Positions 30,401-38,599 of a stretch of 57,437 bases of DNA are shown here, one piece after another. Origin of the DNA: Kiritimatiellia bacterium. GTDB taxonomy: Bacteria; Verrucomicrobiota; Kiritimatiellia; RFP12; UBA1067. The DNA lies in NCBI GenBank assembly GCA_017544725.1, contig JAFYDR010000317.1:1-57437 (forward strand), in the 5' to 3' direction. The position numbers and the translations under genes were made by a program. Numbering within the stretch: the stretch's first letter is position 1; each line of letters opens with the position of its first letter. The notes beneath the pieces are model-generated. The model made no database searches. It saw only the letters and a list, made by a program, of their open reading frames with translations, and was not told the origin of the DNA.

Positions 30401-30518
30401 CCGTGTGTTCGCCGACCTCGCCAGAGACGGGCACGATGATCCGTTCCGTCTTCGGTTCCTGATAACCAGCATCCGTCGGCGTCACTTCGATTCTGTCCGT
30501 CTCTTTTTTCTCGTCCAT
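27447..30518 (-). CDS. Hanks-type Ser/Thr protein kinase with a double zinc ribbon, a TM helix and helical repeats
   Basis: IGSGGMGIVY, VAIK, HRDLKPSN, DFG, APEQ, DVYGLG; four CxxC pairs; TM segment FWTLVCCFAMLLVYLISLPIV. Confidence 0.92.
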   Translation of the reverse strand: MDEKKETDRIEVTPTDAGYQEPKTERIIVPVSGEVGEHTVVIPPEGEQSVSESGQGNDDLFSQYTIYSKIGSGGMGIVYLARDKRLGRFVAIKRLNHQAQSIAVLRKRFLHEARAVASLSHNHIVHIYALGEDNDGPYIVMEYIAGPDDTIVRKKTEAGGLVNPNPPLTLDRYVSRHGSLSADESIDLILKITSAVAYAHSCGVIHRDLKPSNILLDKSSEPKIVDFGLARLKQAGLDESQLTVPGEKLLSLGYGAPEQESDARHTDERSDVYGLGALLYFMLTGQNPRYFREQDIPVSLRELVVKALATDKEQRWVSAAAFMDALQKVQSKTRIELPTVKTTWRCKWCDAVNPLTTKFCAECGWDGSESCPECGADTFVGVQYCGTCGADARAYEVVQQLIKKMKEAMSLQRYDRVVSYAGRVNGFEPAGPSGRKYLQEIAAMREEAGRLIRRREQLKEQIPIEMNVENYERAARFIQQYRLLAEDRNEFEAELRQIPALTAQRDILRAQQCIRNGEWHSTMRLYNDLERVVASDDPELTKIRRAIHRHEIVRNTFWTLVCCFAMLLVYLISLPIVAHFQQPPFPTALRLAYEPAHAFYDWTGRLIPHFTEYCVAPLLSEKRKLNDFFMRNEKAADTPNVAAMTNAPNVKTASETELVLRKKKGDYERQLEGIAAQMHDFDQTWPTSYVNELEQLQQARQESGDFEGYMQVQSEITRFEETRQLPTGTETNVASSELKLLWKKYRQLQIEQKLVHCRKLVTLGKKYVNELTELQSGLTKKKNLDEAKSVNDEILRVKNTPEQLEAEKTLADAQHAADSESGPPQVVLLSTTTGETRLRDVEQMRTEYEKSLTAAMKEFAGQMDAWPDAYLGKLHELMDQYQRAGNYSGWESVRYEIGRFEADRELTTGNLADMAAPELPVLQQRYVAEQISIRRKRAERVIGITEGYLQKLRDFQKKLTVAGHMEAAALVNAEIRRVRTQMVYLEAQNELHPPGPPEPPDLHTTNTVQDAKGRVVPSVKNEK

Positions 30519-30701
30519 GCAGCAGACCTCCGTCCATCTTGAAACGCCCCCAGTATATCAAACTCCGCCACTAAGATTCAAGTGACGAATGAAGGCAGCC
30601 GAGGCAGCCGCCGATGTTGGCAATGAAGGAATGAAAGCTAAAAGGTTCTGCAGGTTGCGCGTTTACGCAACCGTCCCATACGAAACACCCAAAAAACCGA
30701 A

Positions 30702-31694
30702 CTAACCACACCGCCTATACAATGCCAGCGTCTGCTTGCACATCGTATCGACGGAATACGAAGGGAGGGAGGCGCGCGCGTTTTCGGCGAGCTGGTGAAG
30801 ATGGTTACGATCCGCAAGCAAGCGTGGTATCGCGCGCCGCCATAATTCCGCGTCCATCGGCAGAAGAACACCGTTCTCATGATCGCGAATCATTTCCGCC
30901 AAACCGCCAATGGGAGTTGCCACCACGGGCGTTCCCGCCGCCCATGCTTCCAACAGCGTGTAGGGACAACCCTCCCAACGCGACGGCATGAGGACAAGCG
31001 AATAGCGGCGCATCAGACCGATTGCCTCATCCGGCCGATAGTCGGTGTGGAAATCGCACTCGATGCCGGTTGTGCGCAACCAGTCCGTTCCTTTCTGCGG
31101 ACACTCGCGACCGAAGAACGCGGCGCGGAGAAGTCGCGTACCCTCCGCATCCTCCATCGATGGAAGATGGATGCCGTTGGGAATGTACGCGATCCGTTCC
31201 GCAGAATAACCCAACTGCCGTGCAGCCTCCGCTTCCTGCCGTGTGACGCAAACGACACCAGCGGTGTGACCTGCCGCCCATCGCTCGAAACGTCGGTAGA
31301 ACGAAGACGCTCCCTGCATCAAAAACGGAAAGACGTGCGGCGTATAGACAACCGGAATACGCATACCGAGACAGGCAAGCCGCGCCAACGCACCCGCCTT
31401 GGAACTGTGCGCGTGAACGAGATCGGGCTTCTCGCGACGAATCAACGAACGCAACCGCAGACAGGCGACGGAATCGGCGAACGGTGAAATCGCACGACGC
31501 ATCGGCAACTCGATGACACGAACTCCTAACTGAGAATAAAAGGGTAAATCCTCATCTCGCGCCAGTGGGTCGCGCCCGAAGGAAAGGACAACCGTCACGC
31601 GGTTCCCGGCGGCAACGACACCTTCTGTCAGGTCACGCAGGTGCCGCCGAGTACCGCCGATGTTCGCCTCCAGGACATATAGGATATGGAGCAT
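30702..31694 (-). CDS. GT4 glycosyltransferase
   Basis: GGTRRH, PDLVHAHSSKAG, YTPH, IPNGI, PSRWEGCPYTLLEA. Confidence 0.9.
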   Translation of the reverse strand: MLHILYVLEANIGGTRRHLRDLTEGVVAAGNRVTVVLSFGRDPLARDEDLPFYSQLGVRVIELPMRRAISPFADSVACLRLRSLIRREKPDLVHAHSSKAGALARLACLGMRIPVVYTPHVFPFLMQGASSFYRRFERWAAGHTAGVVCVTRQEAEAARQLGYSAERIAYIPNGIHLPSMEDAEGTRLLRAAFFGRECPQKGTDWLRTTGIECDFHTDYRPDEAIGLMRRYSLVLMPSRWEGCPYTLLEAWAAGTPVVATPIGGLAEMIRDHENGVLLPMDAELWRRAIPRLLADRNHLHQLAENARASLPSYSVDTMCKQTLALYRRCG

Positions 31695-31703
31695 ACGTCT
31701 CCG

Positions 31704-32528
31704 TTAGGGAACAAGCGCATGGATCGCGAGCAACGTCTGCCAGAGTTTCTTCAAATCGCGGAAGGCGATCGCATTCGCTTTGTCGGAGAGAGCCTCGGCT
31801 GGATTGACGTGCGTTTCCATGAACACGCCGTCGCAACCGGTCGCGACCGCCGCACGAGCGAGTGCGGGCGCCCAGCGTCCGTCGCCGCCGCTCATCTTAC
31901 CGGCACCACCGGGACGCTGGACGCTATGCGTCGCATCGAAGACGACGGGAACACCCAACTCGCGCATGATCAGCAGACTGCGCATATCCGCTACCAAATT
32001 GTGGTAACCGAAACTCGCACCGCGCTCTGTTAAGACGATGCGGTCGTTACCCGAAGCGCGAATCTTCTCCATCACATGCACCATGTCTTCCGGAGCAAGG
32101 AACTGTGCCTTCTTCACGTTAATGACGCGACCGGTCTTAGCTGCCGCCACCAGCAGATCGGTCTGGCGACAGAGGAACGCGGGAATCTGGAGAACATCGC
32201 AAACCTCCGCAACTGGCTCCGCCTGCCACGGTTCATGAATGTCCGTCAACACCGGCACACCGAAACGCGCCTTGATCTCCTTCAGGATCGCAAGTCCGTC
32301 ATTCAGTCCCGGTCCACGATAGGAATCTAGCGAGGTACGATTCGCCTTGTCGAACGACGCCTTGAAGATGTATGGAACACCCAGGGAACGCGCCAGTTTG
32401 ACCAGACGCTCCGCCAAATCAAACGTCACCTTGCGCGACTCGATCACGCACGGTCCCGCGATAAAGACCAACGGCTTCGCACCGAACGAAACTCCCTTGC
32501 AGACTTTCACCTGTTTCATGATAGACAC
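31704..32528 (-). CDS. kdsA: KDO-8-phosphate synthase
   Basis: IAGPCVIES, KASFDKANRTS, QIPAFLCRQTDL, ERGASFGY, DATHSVQ. Confidence 0.96.
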   Translation of the reverse strand: MSIMKQVKVCKGVSFGAKPLVFIAGPCVIESRKVTFDLAERLVKLARSLGVPYIFKASFDKANRTSLDSYRGPGLNDGLAILKEIKARFGVPVLTDIHEPWQAEPVAEVCDVLQIPAFLCRQTDLLVAAAKTGRVINVKKAQFLAPEDMVHVMEKIRASGNDRIVLTERGASFGYHNLVADMRSLLIMRELGVPVVFDATHSVQRPGGAGKMSGGDGRWAPALARAAVATGCDGVFMETHVNPAEALSDKANAIAFRDLKKLWQTLLAIHALVP

Positions 32529-32634
32529 TCGCCTCCTCCTCGCGCCTTAACCCTTCTGGTTGTTGTTTTTCATTTGTCAGTGTAAACCTTTTTCCCCGCC
32601 TATTCAATACCGAAGTTTGTAGCACGACCATTGC

Positions 32635-33109
32635 GGGCGCATCTGCGTAATTCACCCATCTCATGCGCACGAGAGGATTTTGGAAACAACCGGAACAACC
32701 TGAAGACAGGCGGCTTCGCCGCCCAGCGGGATAAGCGTGTTAAGCTGGTTAAGCTGAATCGTTTCGCGCGGTGACGAATGGGAGGGACGCGCTCCGTCAC
32801 GTCCGCTTGTGTAATGGCGACACCCCCGCGGTTCGCTACGCGAACGGTTCGGTAGTTAGGTGGTTGGATTGAGCCGTTCACGCATGGCATTGGGGAGGGG
32901 CAACGTCCTCGTTGCCTTTATGGGATCGACTATTCGGGCGCGGGCGAGTTAGCCCGCATTCTAAAGATAAGTGCCCCCCGCGCGGGAATATTCATAGGAA
33001 TAACTTGGAAAACTACCGCCTCTCGTCACTCGTCATTCGTCACTACTTCGCGCAGCGAAGTTGTTGTTTTCATTTTCAAAAGACGGCGGTGAATTACGCA
33101 GATGCGCCC
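32635..33109. mobile_element. Expanded MITE-like mosaic element (475 bp) with perfect 22-bp TIRs
   Basis: GGGCGCATCTGCGTAATTCACC ... GGTGAATTACGCAGATGCGCCC; interior is a mosaic of repeat modules. Confidence 0.85.
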
Positions 33110-33136
33110 TCCTTTTTTCTCCCTCCTTTTTTCGCG

Positions 33137-33165
33137 TTGCCGTGAGGTGGTGGAAATGTTAGAAT
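33137..33165 (+). promoter_or_regulatory. Putative promoter for the HTH gene and RAYT-like gene
   Basis: TTGCCG-17 bp-TAGAAT with an extended TG. Confidence 0.5.
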
Positions 33166-33213
33166 TTTCCTTACTTATGGTTGACATAAGAGAATCGGAG
33201 AAGGACGGCGAAA

Positions 33214-33876
33214 ATGCTGATTGACGAGATAAGGAGTGGAGAGACAGACACGCTTGAGTTCAAGCGTGATGTGCCGTCGGATAAGTCGCTAGCACTGGCG
33301 TTCAAATACATGAATTTCATCGAAGAATGGGGAAGCGGAATACCACGCATACAGGAGATGCTTTCTAAGGCAGGTTTGCCGCCATTGCATATTGAGAATA
33401 GCGGCATGGACATTCGGTTTACGGTTTGGCGAAATCCTGTTAAACGAGCGATTTCTTCGGAAGTTGCCCAGAGAGGCGCGAAAGTTGCCCCGATCAACAG
33501 ACAAGTTGCCCCGAAACCGGCGGAAGTTGCCCAGAGAGGCGCGAAAGTTGCCCCGATCAACAGACAAGTTGCCCCGAAATCGGCGGAAGTTGCCCAGAGA
33601 GGCGCGAAAGTTGCCCCGATCAACAGACAAGTTGCCCCGAAATCAACGGAAGTTGCCCAGAGGCTCAGTGGTAAGGGGCGGGCAGATGCGGTAAGGAATG
33701 CGGTTGCTGTCTTCGAGTGTCTAATGGCAAATAGTGAAGTTTCTGTCCCGAATATCGAAAGTAAAACACATCTTTCGAATGGTTCGGTTAAAAATGCGAT
33801 TCGTTTGTTGCGGCAGAACGGGATCATCAAGCGTGACGGTTCCAACCGTAGCGGAAGATGGGTGGTTTTGGTGTGA
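33214..33876 (+). CDS. Internally deleted AlbA_2(Schlafen)/HATPase_c_4/winged-HTH protein with tandem repeats
   Basis: N-terminal GETDTLEFKR (AlbA_2 start) joined directly to FKYMNFIEEWGSGIPRI (HATPase_c_4 end), then repeats, then an HTH ending IKRDGSNRSGRWVV. Confidence 0.7.
   Translation: MLIDEIRSGETDTLEFKRDVPSDKSLALAFKYMNFIEEWGSGIPRIQEMLSKAGLPPLHIENSGMDIRFTVWRNPVKRAISSEVAQRGAKVAPINRQVAPKPAEVAQRGAKVAPINRQVAPKSAEVAQRGAKVAPINRQVAPKSTEVAQRLSGKGRADAVRNAVAVFECLMANSEVSVPNIESKTHLSNGSVKNAIRLLRQNGIIKRDGSNRSGRWVVLV
33458..33662 (+). repeat. Intragenic tandem repeat: 63-bp unit built from 21-bp subunits
   Basis: AAGTTGCCC recurs every 21 bp (10 copies, 33461-33650); about 3.2 copies of EVAQRGAKVAPINRQVAPK(P/S)(A/T). 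Confidence 0.95.
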
Positions 33877-33883
33877 ACGAGGA

Positions 33884-34891
33884 ATGGAGCAGAATCTCAA
33901 ACTGATGAGTGCGACGGAACGGAAATCTGGAGGTTATGACTATACACGCGGAGGATCGATGTTCGTGACGATCCGTCTCGAACCTCGGCGTCCGTTGTTT
34001 GGTCATGTGGATCACGATCATGTGGTGCTTTCTGAAGCGGGAGAGATCGTGAAGCGTGACCTGCTGGAGTCAGCTGGACGTTTCAAGGGGTTCATCACGC
34101 TCCGCGCCTGGACAATCATGCCGGACCATGTGCATCTCCGCTTCACATGGCCGTCGGGCAACACCGACGCCGAGAAGATGATCGGCTCATTCATTGGTCG
34201 GTTCAAGCAGTATTCGAAACATCATATCTCTTGGCACAGGGATGGCATTTGGGAAGAAGGTTACCACAGTTTGATCTGCGCGGCGGAACGCTTGAACCGT
34301 ACTGTCGATGCCTACATCCTCAACAATCCCCGCAAGCGTTCTCTCCTACACAGTGATCCGTCATTGATGCGCGTAGTCGAACCGTTCCCGTTACTTGAGG
34401 ACGGTGGCCACGATCTGTGGCGGGCAGTTGGGAATACCGACCTGTTGAAGCGTGACCGTATTGTCTCGCTCCGTATTTCGCGGAAGGTCTCGCTGGATGC
34501 GCTGCCGCAGATTGTCGAAACATGCCGACGTGATGTCGTAGAGAATGGTTATCCGGTTGCCTCTACCTTCTTCTCGCCCGGCGAAAGAATGGTATTCAAG
34601 GCGTTGGCGGAAGAGAAGGATTTGCCGATAATCCGATTGTTGCCCACGTTTACGGAGTTGGCGTATCGGCCGCACGGGTTGGAACCTTCGCTCTTCGCGG
34701 AAAAGCGGTTGCTGATACTTTCGCGCATGGTCGATCCGGCCGCACCGACAATGCCCGGAGAACTGGTGAGGTTGAATTTCATCGCCGCAAATATCGCTCG
34801 GGCGAGAGAGGGCGGACGAACCGTGTATGTTACGATCCCGGGAAAGGATCGCACCCAAATTGTTTACGAGGAGCATCCGATGTCCCCATAG
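33884..34891 (+). CDS. RAYT/TnpA(REP)-like HUH Y1 nuclease fused to a probable DprA/SLOG-like domain
   Basis: GYDYTRGGSMFVTI, MPDHVHL (HUH), IGRFK, WEEGYH...YILNNP (catalytic Tyr); extra ~150-aa alpha/beta domain (GNTDLL, ISRK, STFFSPGE, RLLILS). Confidence 0.8.
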   Translation: MEQNLKLMSATERKSGGYDYTRGGSMFVTIRLEPRRPLFGHVDHDHVVLSEAGEIVKRDLLESAGRFKGFITLRAWTIMPDHVHLRFTWPSGNTDAEKMIGSFIGRFKQYSKHHISWHRDGIWEEGYHSLICAAERLNRTVDAYILNNPRKRSLLHSDPSLMRVVEPFPLLEDGGHDLWRAVGNTDLLKRDRIVSLRISRKVSLDALPQIVETCRRDVVENGYPVASTFFSPGERMVFKALAEEKDLPIIRLLPTFTELAYRPHGLEPSLFAEKRLLILSRMVDPAAPTMPGELVRLNFIAANIARAREGGRTVYVTIPGKDRTQIVYEEHPMSP

Positions 34892-34900
34892 CCGCTATTA

Positions 34901-35067
34901 GTCGCCGCTGCACGGCTTTAAGTGAGCTACGGTCATAAGTCGGGCTTCACCCGTAAGTTGGGATTCGTCCCTTAAGCCCACTTAGTCACGAAGCGACACT
35001 TAGCTACGAAGTAGCACTTAGCCCGTAGGGCACTTAACAACGCAGTGGTACTTAATTCCGTAGGGAT
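34901..35067. repeat. Inverted array of ACTTA-spaced C-GNA-G mini-hairpins (REP-like)
   Basis: About four units with TAAGT spacers, then five units with ACTTA spacers at 34980, 34998, 35016, 35032 and 35050. Confidence 0.85.
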
Positions 35068-35084
35068 AATGATGGAGTGATTAC

Positions 35085-36170
35085 ATGAAAACCGAAAAGA
35101 ATGAGGAAGCGAGGCGCGAGATCGAGGAGATCGATCGGCAAATCGCAGAACTGAAGAAAAGGCGAAAGGCGCTTTCTGCCGAACTCGGTACAGGACGCCT
35201 TTCGTGGGGTGCGATTATCGCCGGCGGATTCGGTGCGCTGATGATCGGATTGGGCATCATCGCGCTCTTCGCGGCAAACTGGAGTGAATTCGGTCGTGCC
35301 GCACGTGCGGCAATCGCGATTTCGCCGGTTGCCATCTGTGGATGTCTCGCGATCTTCGCCCACACGAAGGGATGGAAGTCGCGCGCGTTCTGGGAACCGC
35401 TGGGCATCCTTTGGTGTGTCTCGATCGGGGCGGCGACATGTCTGGTCGCTCAGACGTACCAAGTCGGCGGCAACGTACCCGGACTAATCCTCCTAGTTGC
35501 GCTACTGATGATTCCGGTAATCTGGACGACGCGAGCCGTGGTGCCAACCGTACTTTGGCCGATCTTTGCAGTCGTCTGGGGAACTTCGAAACTTGATTAC
35601 AGCGGAATGAAGTCGATCTCGCTCGCCGTGAAGTCTATCATTCTGATGTCGCTCTCGCTCCCCTTCTATATCGCGTTCCTGCGCAGTCGTCCGCCGAAAG
35701 CCGCACTGGTATCGGCGCAATTCGGAACGGGACTCATCTACTCGATCGGGCTGGCCATCCTCCTGATGACTACCATAGATCTTGACCACAGCGAATCGAT
35801 TGTTGTCTGTATCTTCTGGGCATGCGCGGGATTGGTCGCGCTGGCGGGCTGGTTTTTCTCGCTTCCGGTCTGGGGATCGGTCGGCATCCTCGTCGCGGCG
35901 ACCACGGCGTTCTCGACACCTTTCCTGAGAGAAAACACGACATACCTTGCCTCGCTGGTACTGGCGTGTACAATCATCGCGCTCAGCATCCGCAAAATGC
36001 AACTTTTCCTCACGAATGTAGGTGCTGTAACACTCCTTTGGCTGGTGTTGGCGAAATTCTTCATGAGTCACGTTTCATTCACGACCAAGGGAATCGTACT
36101 GATCATTGCGGGGTTGGCACTCACGGCGCTCAACGTGGTTCTCATCCGTCTGCGCAAAGGGAGGAGCTAA
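35085..36170 (+). CDS. DUF2157-like integral membrane protein
   Basis: GALMIGLGIIALFAANW, LVAQTYQ, about 10 TM helices; adjacent to a GDYXXLXY-type gene. Confidence 0.75.
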   Translation: MKTEKNEEARREIEEIDRQIAELKKRRKALSAELGTGRLSWGAIIAGGFGALMIGLGIIALFAANWSEFGRAARAAIAISPVAICGCLAIFAHTKGWKSRAFWEPLGILWCVSIGAATCLVAQTYQVGGNVPGLILLVALLMIPVIWTTRAVVPTVLWPIFAVVWGTSKLDYSGMKSISLAVKSIILMSLSLPFYIAFLRSRPPKAALVSAQFGTGLIYSIGLAILLMTTIDLDHSESIVVCIFWACAGLVALAGWFFSLPVWGSVGILVAATTAFSTPFLRENTTYLASLVLACTIIALSIRKMQLFLTNVGAVTLLWLVLAKFFMSHVSFTTKGIVLIIAGLALTALNVVLIRLRKGRS

Positions 36171-36172
36171 TC

Positions 36173-36835
36173 ATGATGACGAACACGAAGAAAGCGATTC
36201 TGGCGGTTGCGGCGCTCGCCATACAGTGCGTGTGTATCGGCTGGCTCATCTGGCGTTACGAGCAGGTCGTCCGTCACGGAACCGAAGTGCGTTTCCGGTG
36301 TGAGGCATACGACCCGTATGACCCGCTTCGTGGACGTTACCTCCGCACGACTGTGCGCGAGAGTTGCACGAACCTCCTCATCGAAGGCGAGGTGAAAGAA
36401 AGCTGGCGAAGGCGTGCGCTTTACGCGAAACTGGAGCAAGGGACGAATGCGCTCTGGCATGTCACAGCAGTTGCCGAAGCACCGCAATCGGACGGCGGCA
36501 TCTGGGTGAAGCGGGAACGTACATCGATCAATCATTTGCTGAACTGGTCTGCTCGAGGTCGAGGAATAGACGAATCGTGGGAGGACTTCGAGAAACGCCG
36601 TAAGGCCTCGCCTCTCGCGGCGCTCGTGGAAATGCCCGACCAACTCTTCGTAAACGAGCGGCTCGCACCGAAAGCCGAAAAGGTATTGCGCGAGGCAACA
36701 TCCGCAAAGGGAAAGGGCGCGGTCGCCGTCTATCGTGTGAAAGACGGCGAGATCGTGATCACCGACATCGAGATCGACGGCGTCTCCGTCGTTGAGAAGG
36801 CAAAGGCTGCCAAGGGCGACAGTGACGAGGAATGA
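36173..36835 (+). CDS. GDYXXLXY domain-containing membrane-anchored protein
   Basis: N-terminal TM helix followed by GTEVRF...YDPYDPLRGRYL. Confidence 0.75.
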   Translation: MMTNTKKAILAVAALAIQCVCIGWLIWRYEQVVRHGTEVRFRCEAYDPYDPLRGRYLRTTVRESCTNLLIEGEVKESWRRRALYAKLEQGTNALWHVTAVAEAPQSDGGIWVKRERTSINHLLNWSARGRGIDESWEDFEKRRKASPLAALVEMPDQLFVNERLAPKAEKVLREATSAKGKGAVAVYRVKDGEIVITDIEIDGVSVVEKAKAAKGDSDEE

Positions 36836-36840
36836 GTTAC

Positions 36841-36900
36841 GTCGCCGCTGCTCGGCTCTAAGTGACCTACGGTCATCAGTCGGGCTTCGCCCCTTAAGTT
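36841..36900. repeat. Partial copy of the TAAGT/GNA-hairpin array
   Basis: GTCGCCGCTGCTCGGCTCTAAGTGACCTACGGTCATCAGTCGGGCTTCGCCCTTAAGTT closely matches 34901-34959. Confidence 0.8.
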
Positions 36901-36949
36901 GCGAAACGACCACGAATCGGAGAACTGTTTTGAAAAAGGAGAGAATCGT

Positions 36950-38464
36950 ATGAAGAGATTAGGTATGTTATCGTGCGCCGCCGTGCTGGCTCTGGCTGGC
37001 AATGGTTTTGCGTTGTTGGAAAAATCAACGCCGGAGGCGGAGGGAATTTCCTCGTCCGCAATCGACGCTTGGATCACCGCTTGTGAAAAGGAATTGGATG
37101 CCGTCCACGGTTTTGTGCTACTGCGACACGGAAAGACGATTGCAGAAGGCTGGTGGAAGCCTTTCTCCGCTGACCGGACACACATCCTCTATTCCCATTC
37201 CAAAAGCTTCACCTCCACCGCAATCGGTTTCCTGATTGACGACGGAAAGCTCGACCTCGATGAATGTCTGGTGGACATCTTTCCCGACCGGCTTCCGGAA
37301 AACCCGCCGGATAACCTCAAGCGGCTTCGTGTCCGCGATCTTTTGACGATGAACACCGGTATGCCCTATACCGACGCGGAACGGAAGGACATCGGCGGGG
37401 ATTGGGTCAACCTCTTTCTGGCGAACCCGGTGGAGGATCGTCCAGGAACCCGCTTCCGCTACGACTCCTGCGCGACGCATGTCCTCGCCGCAATCGTCGA
37501 AAAACGGAGTGGGAAGAAGCTGATGGATTTCCTGAAGGAAAGGCTCTTCGATCCGATCGGTATCACGAAGGCGTGGTCGAACTGCAGCCCAACAGGAATC
37601 GCCTGTGGTGGTTGGGGCATGAGCATGACGACTCGCGAACTGGCACGTTTCGGTCAACTCTACTTGCAGGAAGGTATGTGGGACGGGACCCGTATCCTCT
37701 CGCGTGAGTGGGTACGACTGGCGACCTCGCGCCAAACCTACAACGGTGGTAAGATCGGCGTAAAGCAGATCAACGATAGTGATTGGGCGCAGGGATACGG
37801 CTTCCAGTTCTGGCGTTGTCGTTTCAACTGCTTCCGCGCCGACGGAGCGAGCGGACAGCTGACGGTCGTGATGCCCGACCAAGATGCTGTCCTGTCGGTT
37901 CATGCCGGACTCGGTCCGATGCAGAAGGAACTGGACTTGATTTGGAAGCACCTGTTGCCTGCCTTCCAAAACGCACCGTTGCCCGCAAACCCCGATGCGG
38001 CAAATGCACTGGCGGCGCGTTGCGCGGCACTCTCGCTCAAAAAAATCGACGGCAAAAAGGAAGGAACTGAAACGATCTTCGGGCGCACATTCGCGTTGGA
38101 GGGAAATCAGCCGCGTTTCCACTTCACGAGTGTCCGTTTGGAGAAACAGGAAAACGGCTGGGAGATGATCACCACTGGTGCCACTGGAGAACAACACTTC
38201 CCGATTGGTTTTGGAGAATGGCGCGAAGGCAAGGTTAAACTGGAGAACGCGACCTTCGAAGGACTGGGTGCCCTCATCGGCGAACAGTCTGTCGCCTCCT
38301 CCGGCGCATGGACAGCCCCCGACACCTTCCGCGTGCGGACGTACCTGAACGACGGTTTCTTCCGCCTCGACGCGACCTTCCAGTTCGCGAACGACGGCAA
38401 CCTTTCCCTCTCCTACAACCTAACCGGATGGGGAGACGGCCGTACGAACCTAAAGGGAAAATGA
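36950..38464 (+). CDS. Secreted serine hydrolase, class C beta-lactamase-like fold
   Basis: Signal peptide; SHSK (SxxK), LLTM, FRYDS, ELARFGQLYL, GYGFQFW. Confidence 0.88.
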   Translation: MKRLGMLSCAAVLALAGNGFALLEKSTPEAEGISSSAIDAWITACEKELDAVHGFVLLRHGKTIAEGWWKPFSADRTHILYSHSKSFTSTAIGFLIDDGKLDLDECLVDIFPDRLPENPPDNLKRLRVRDLLTMNTGMPYTDAERKDIGGDWVNLFLANPVEDRPGTRFRYDSCATHVLAAIVEKRSGKKLMDFLKERLFDPIGITKAWSNCSPTGIACGGWGMSMTTRELARFGQLYLQEGMWDGTRILSREWVRLATSRQTYNGGKIGVKQINDSDWAQGYGFQFWRCRFNCFRADGASGQLTVVMPDQDAVLSVHAGLGPMQKELDLIWKHLLPAFQNAPLPANPDAANALAARCAALSLKKIDGKKEGTETIFGRTFALEGNQPRFHFTSVRLEKQENGWEMITTGATGEQHFPIGFGEWREGKVKLENATFEGLGALIGEQSVASSGAWTAPDTFRVRTYLNDGFFRLDATFQFANDGNLSLSYNLTGWGDGRTNLKGK

Positions 38465-38599
38465 TGAGAGAAAATGAAGGGACGGGGCTGCCTGCGTGTT
38501 AGGCGTTCTTGCAGCTCCCGTCCTGTTCGCGCGGGCTTTCAGCTCTCACATCCCGCCAGTATTGTGTTCCGTGCCGCGCCATTTTTGGCGCGGTCTTTT

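Noticed and set aside
33458-33662. Repeat array as a CRISPR, or as a separate antisense gene (33171-33845)
   Set aside because: There are no unique spacers. It is an in-frame coding tandem repeat, and the antisense ORF is its shadow.
34901-35067. Regularly spaced array as a possible CRISPR
   Set aside because: The constant part is only 5 nt, the variable parts are 11-13-nt self-complementary hairpins, and no cas genes are present.
36950-38464. Beta-lactam resistance gene
   Set aside because: It has an SxxK fold, but YDS replaces YxN and no KTG triad is evident, so an esterase or peptidase is more likely.
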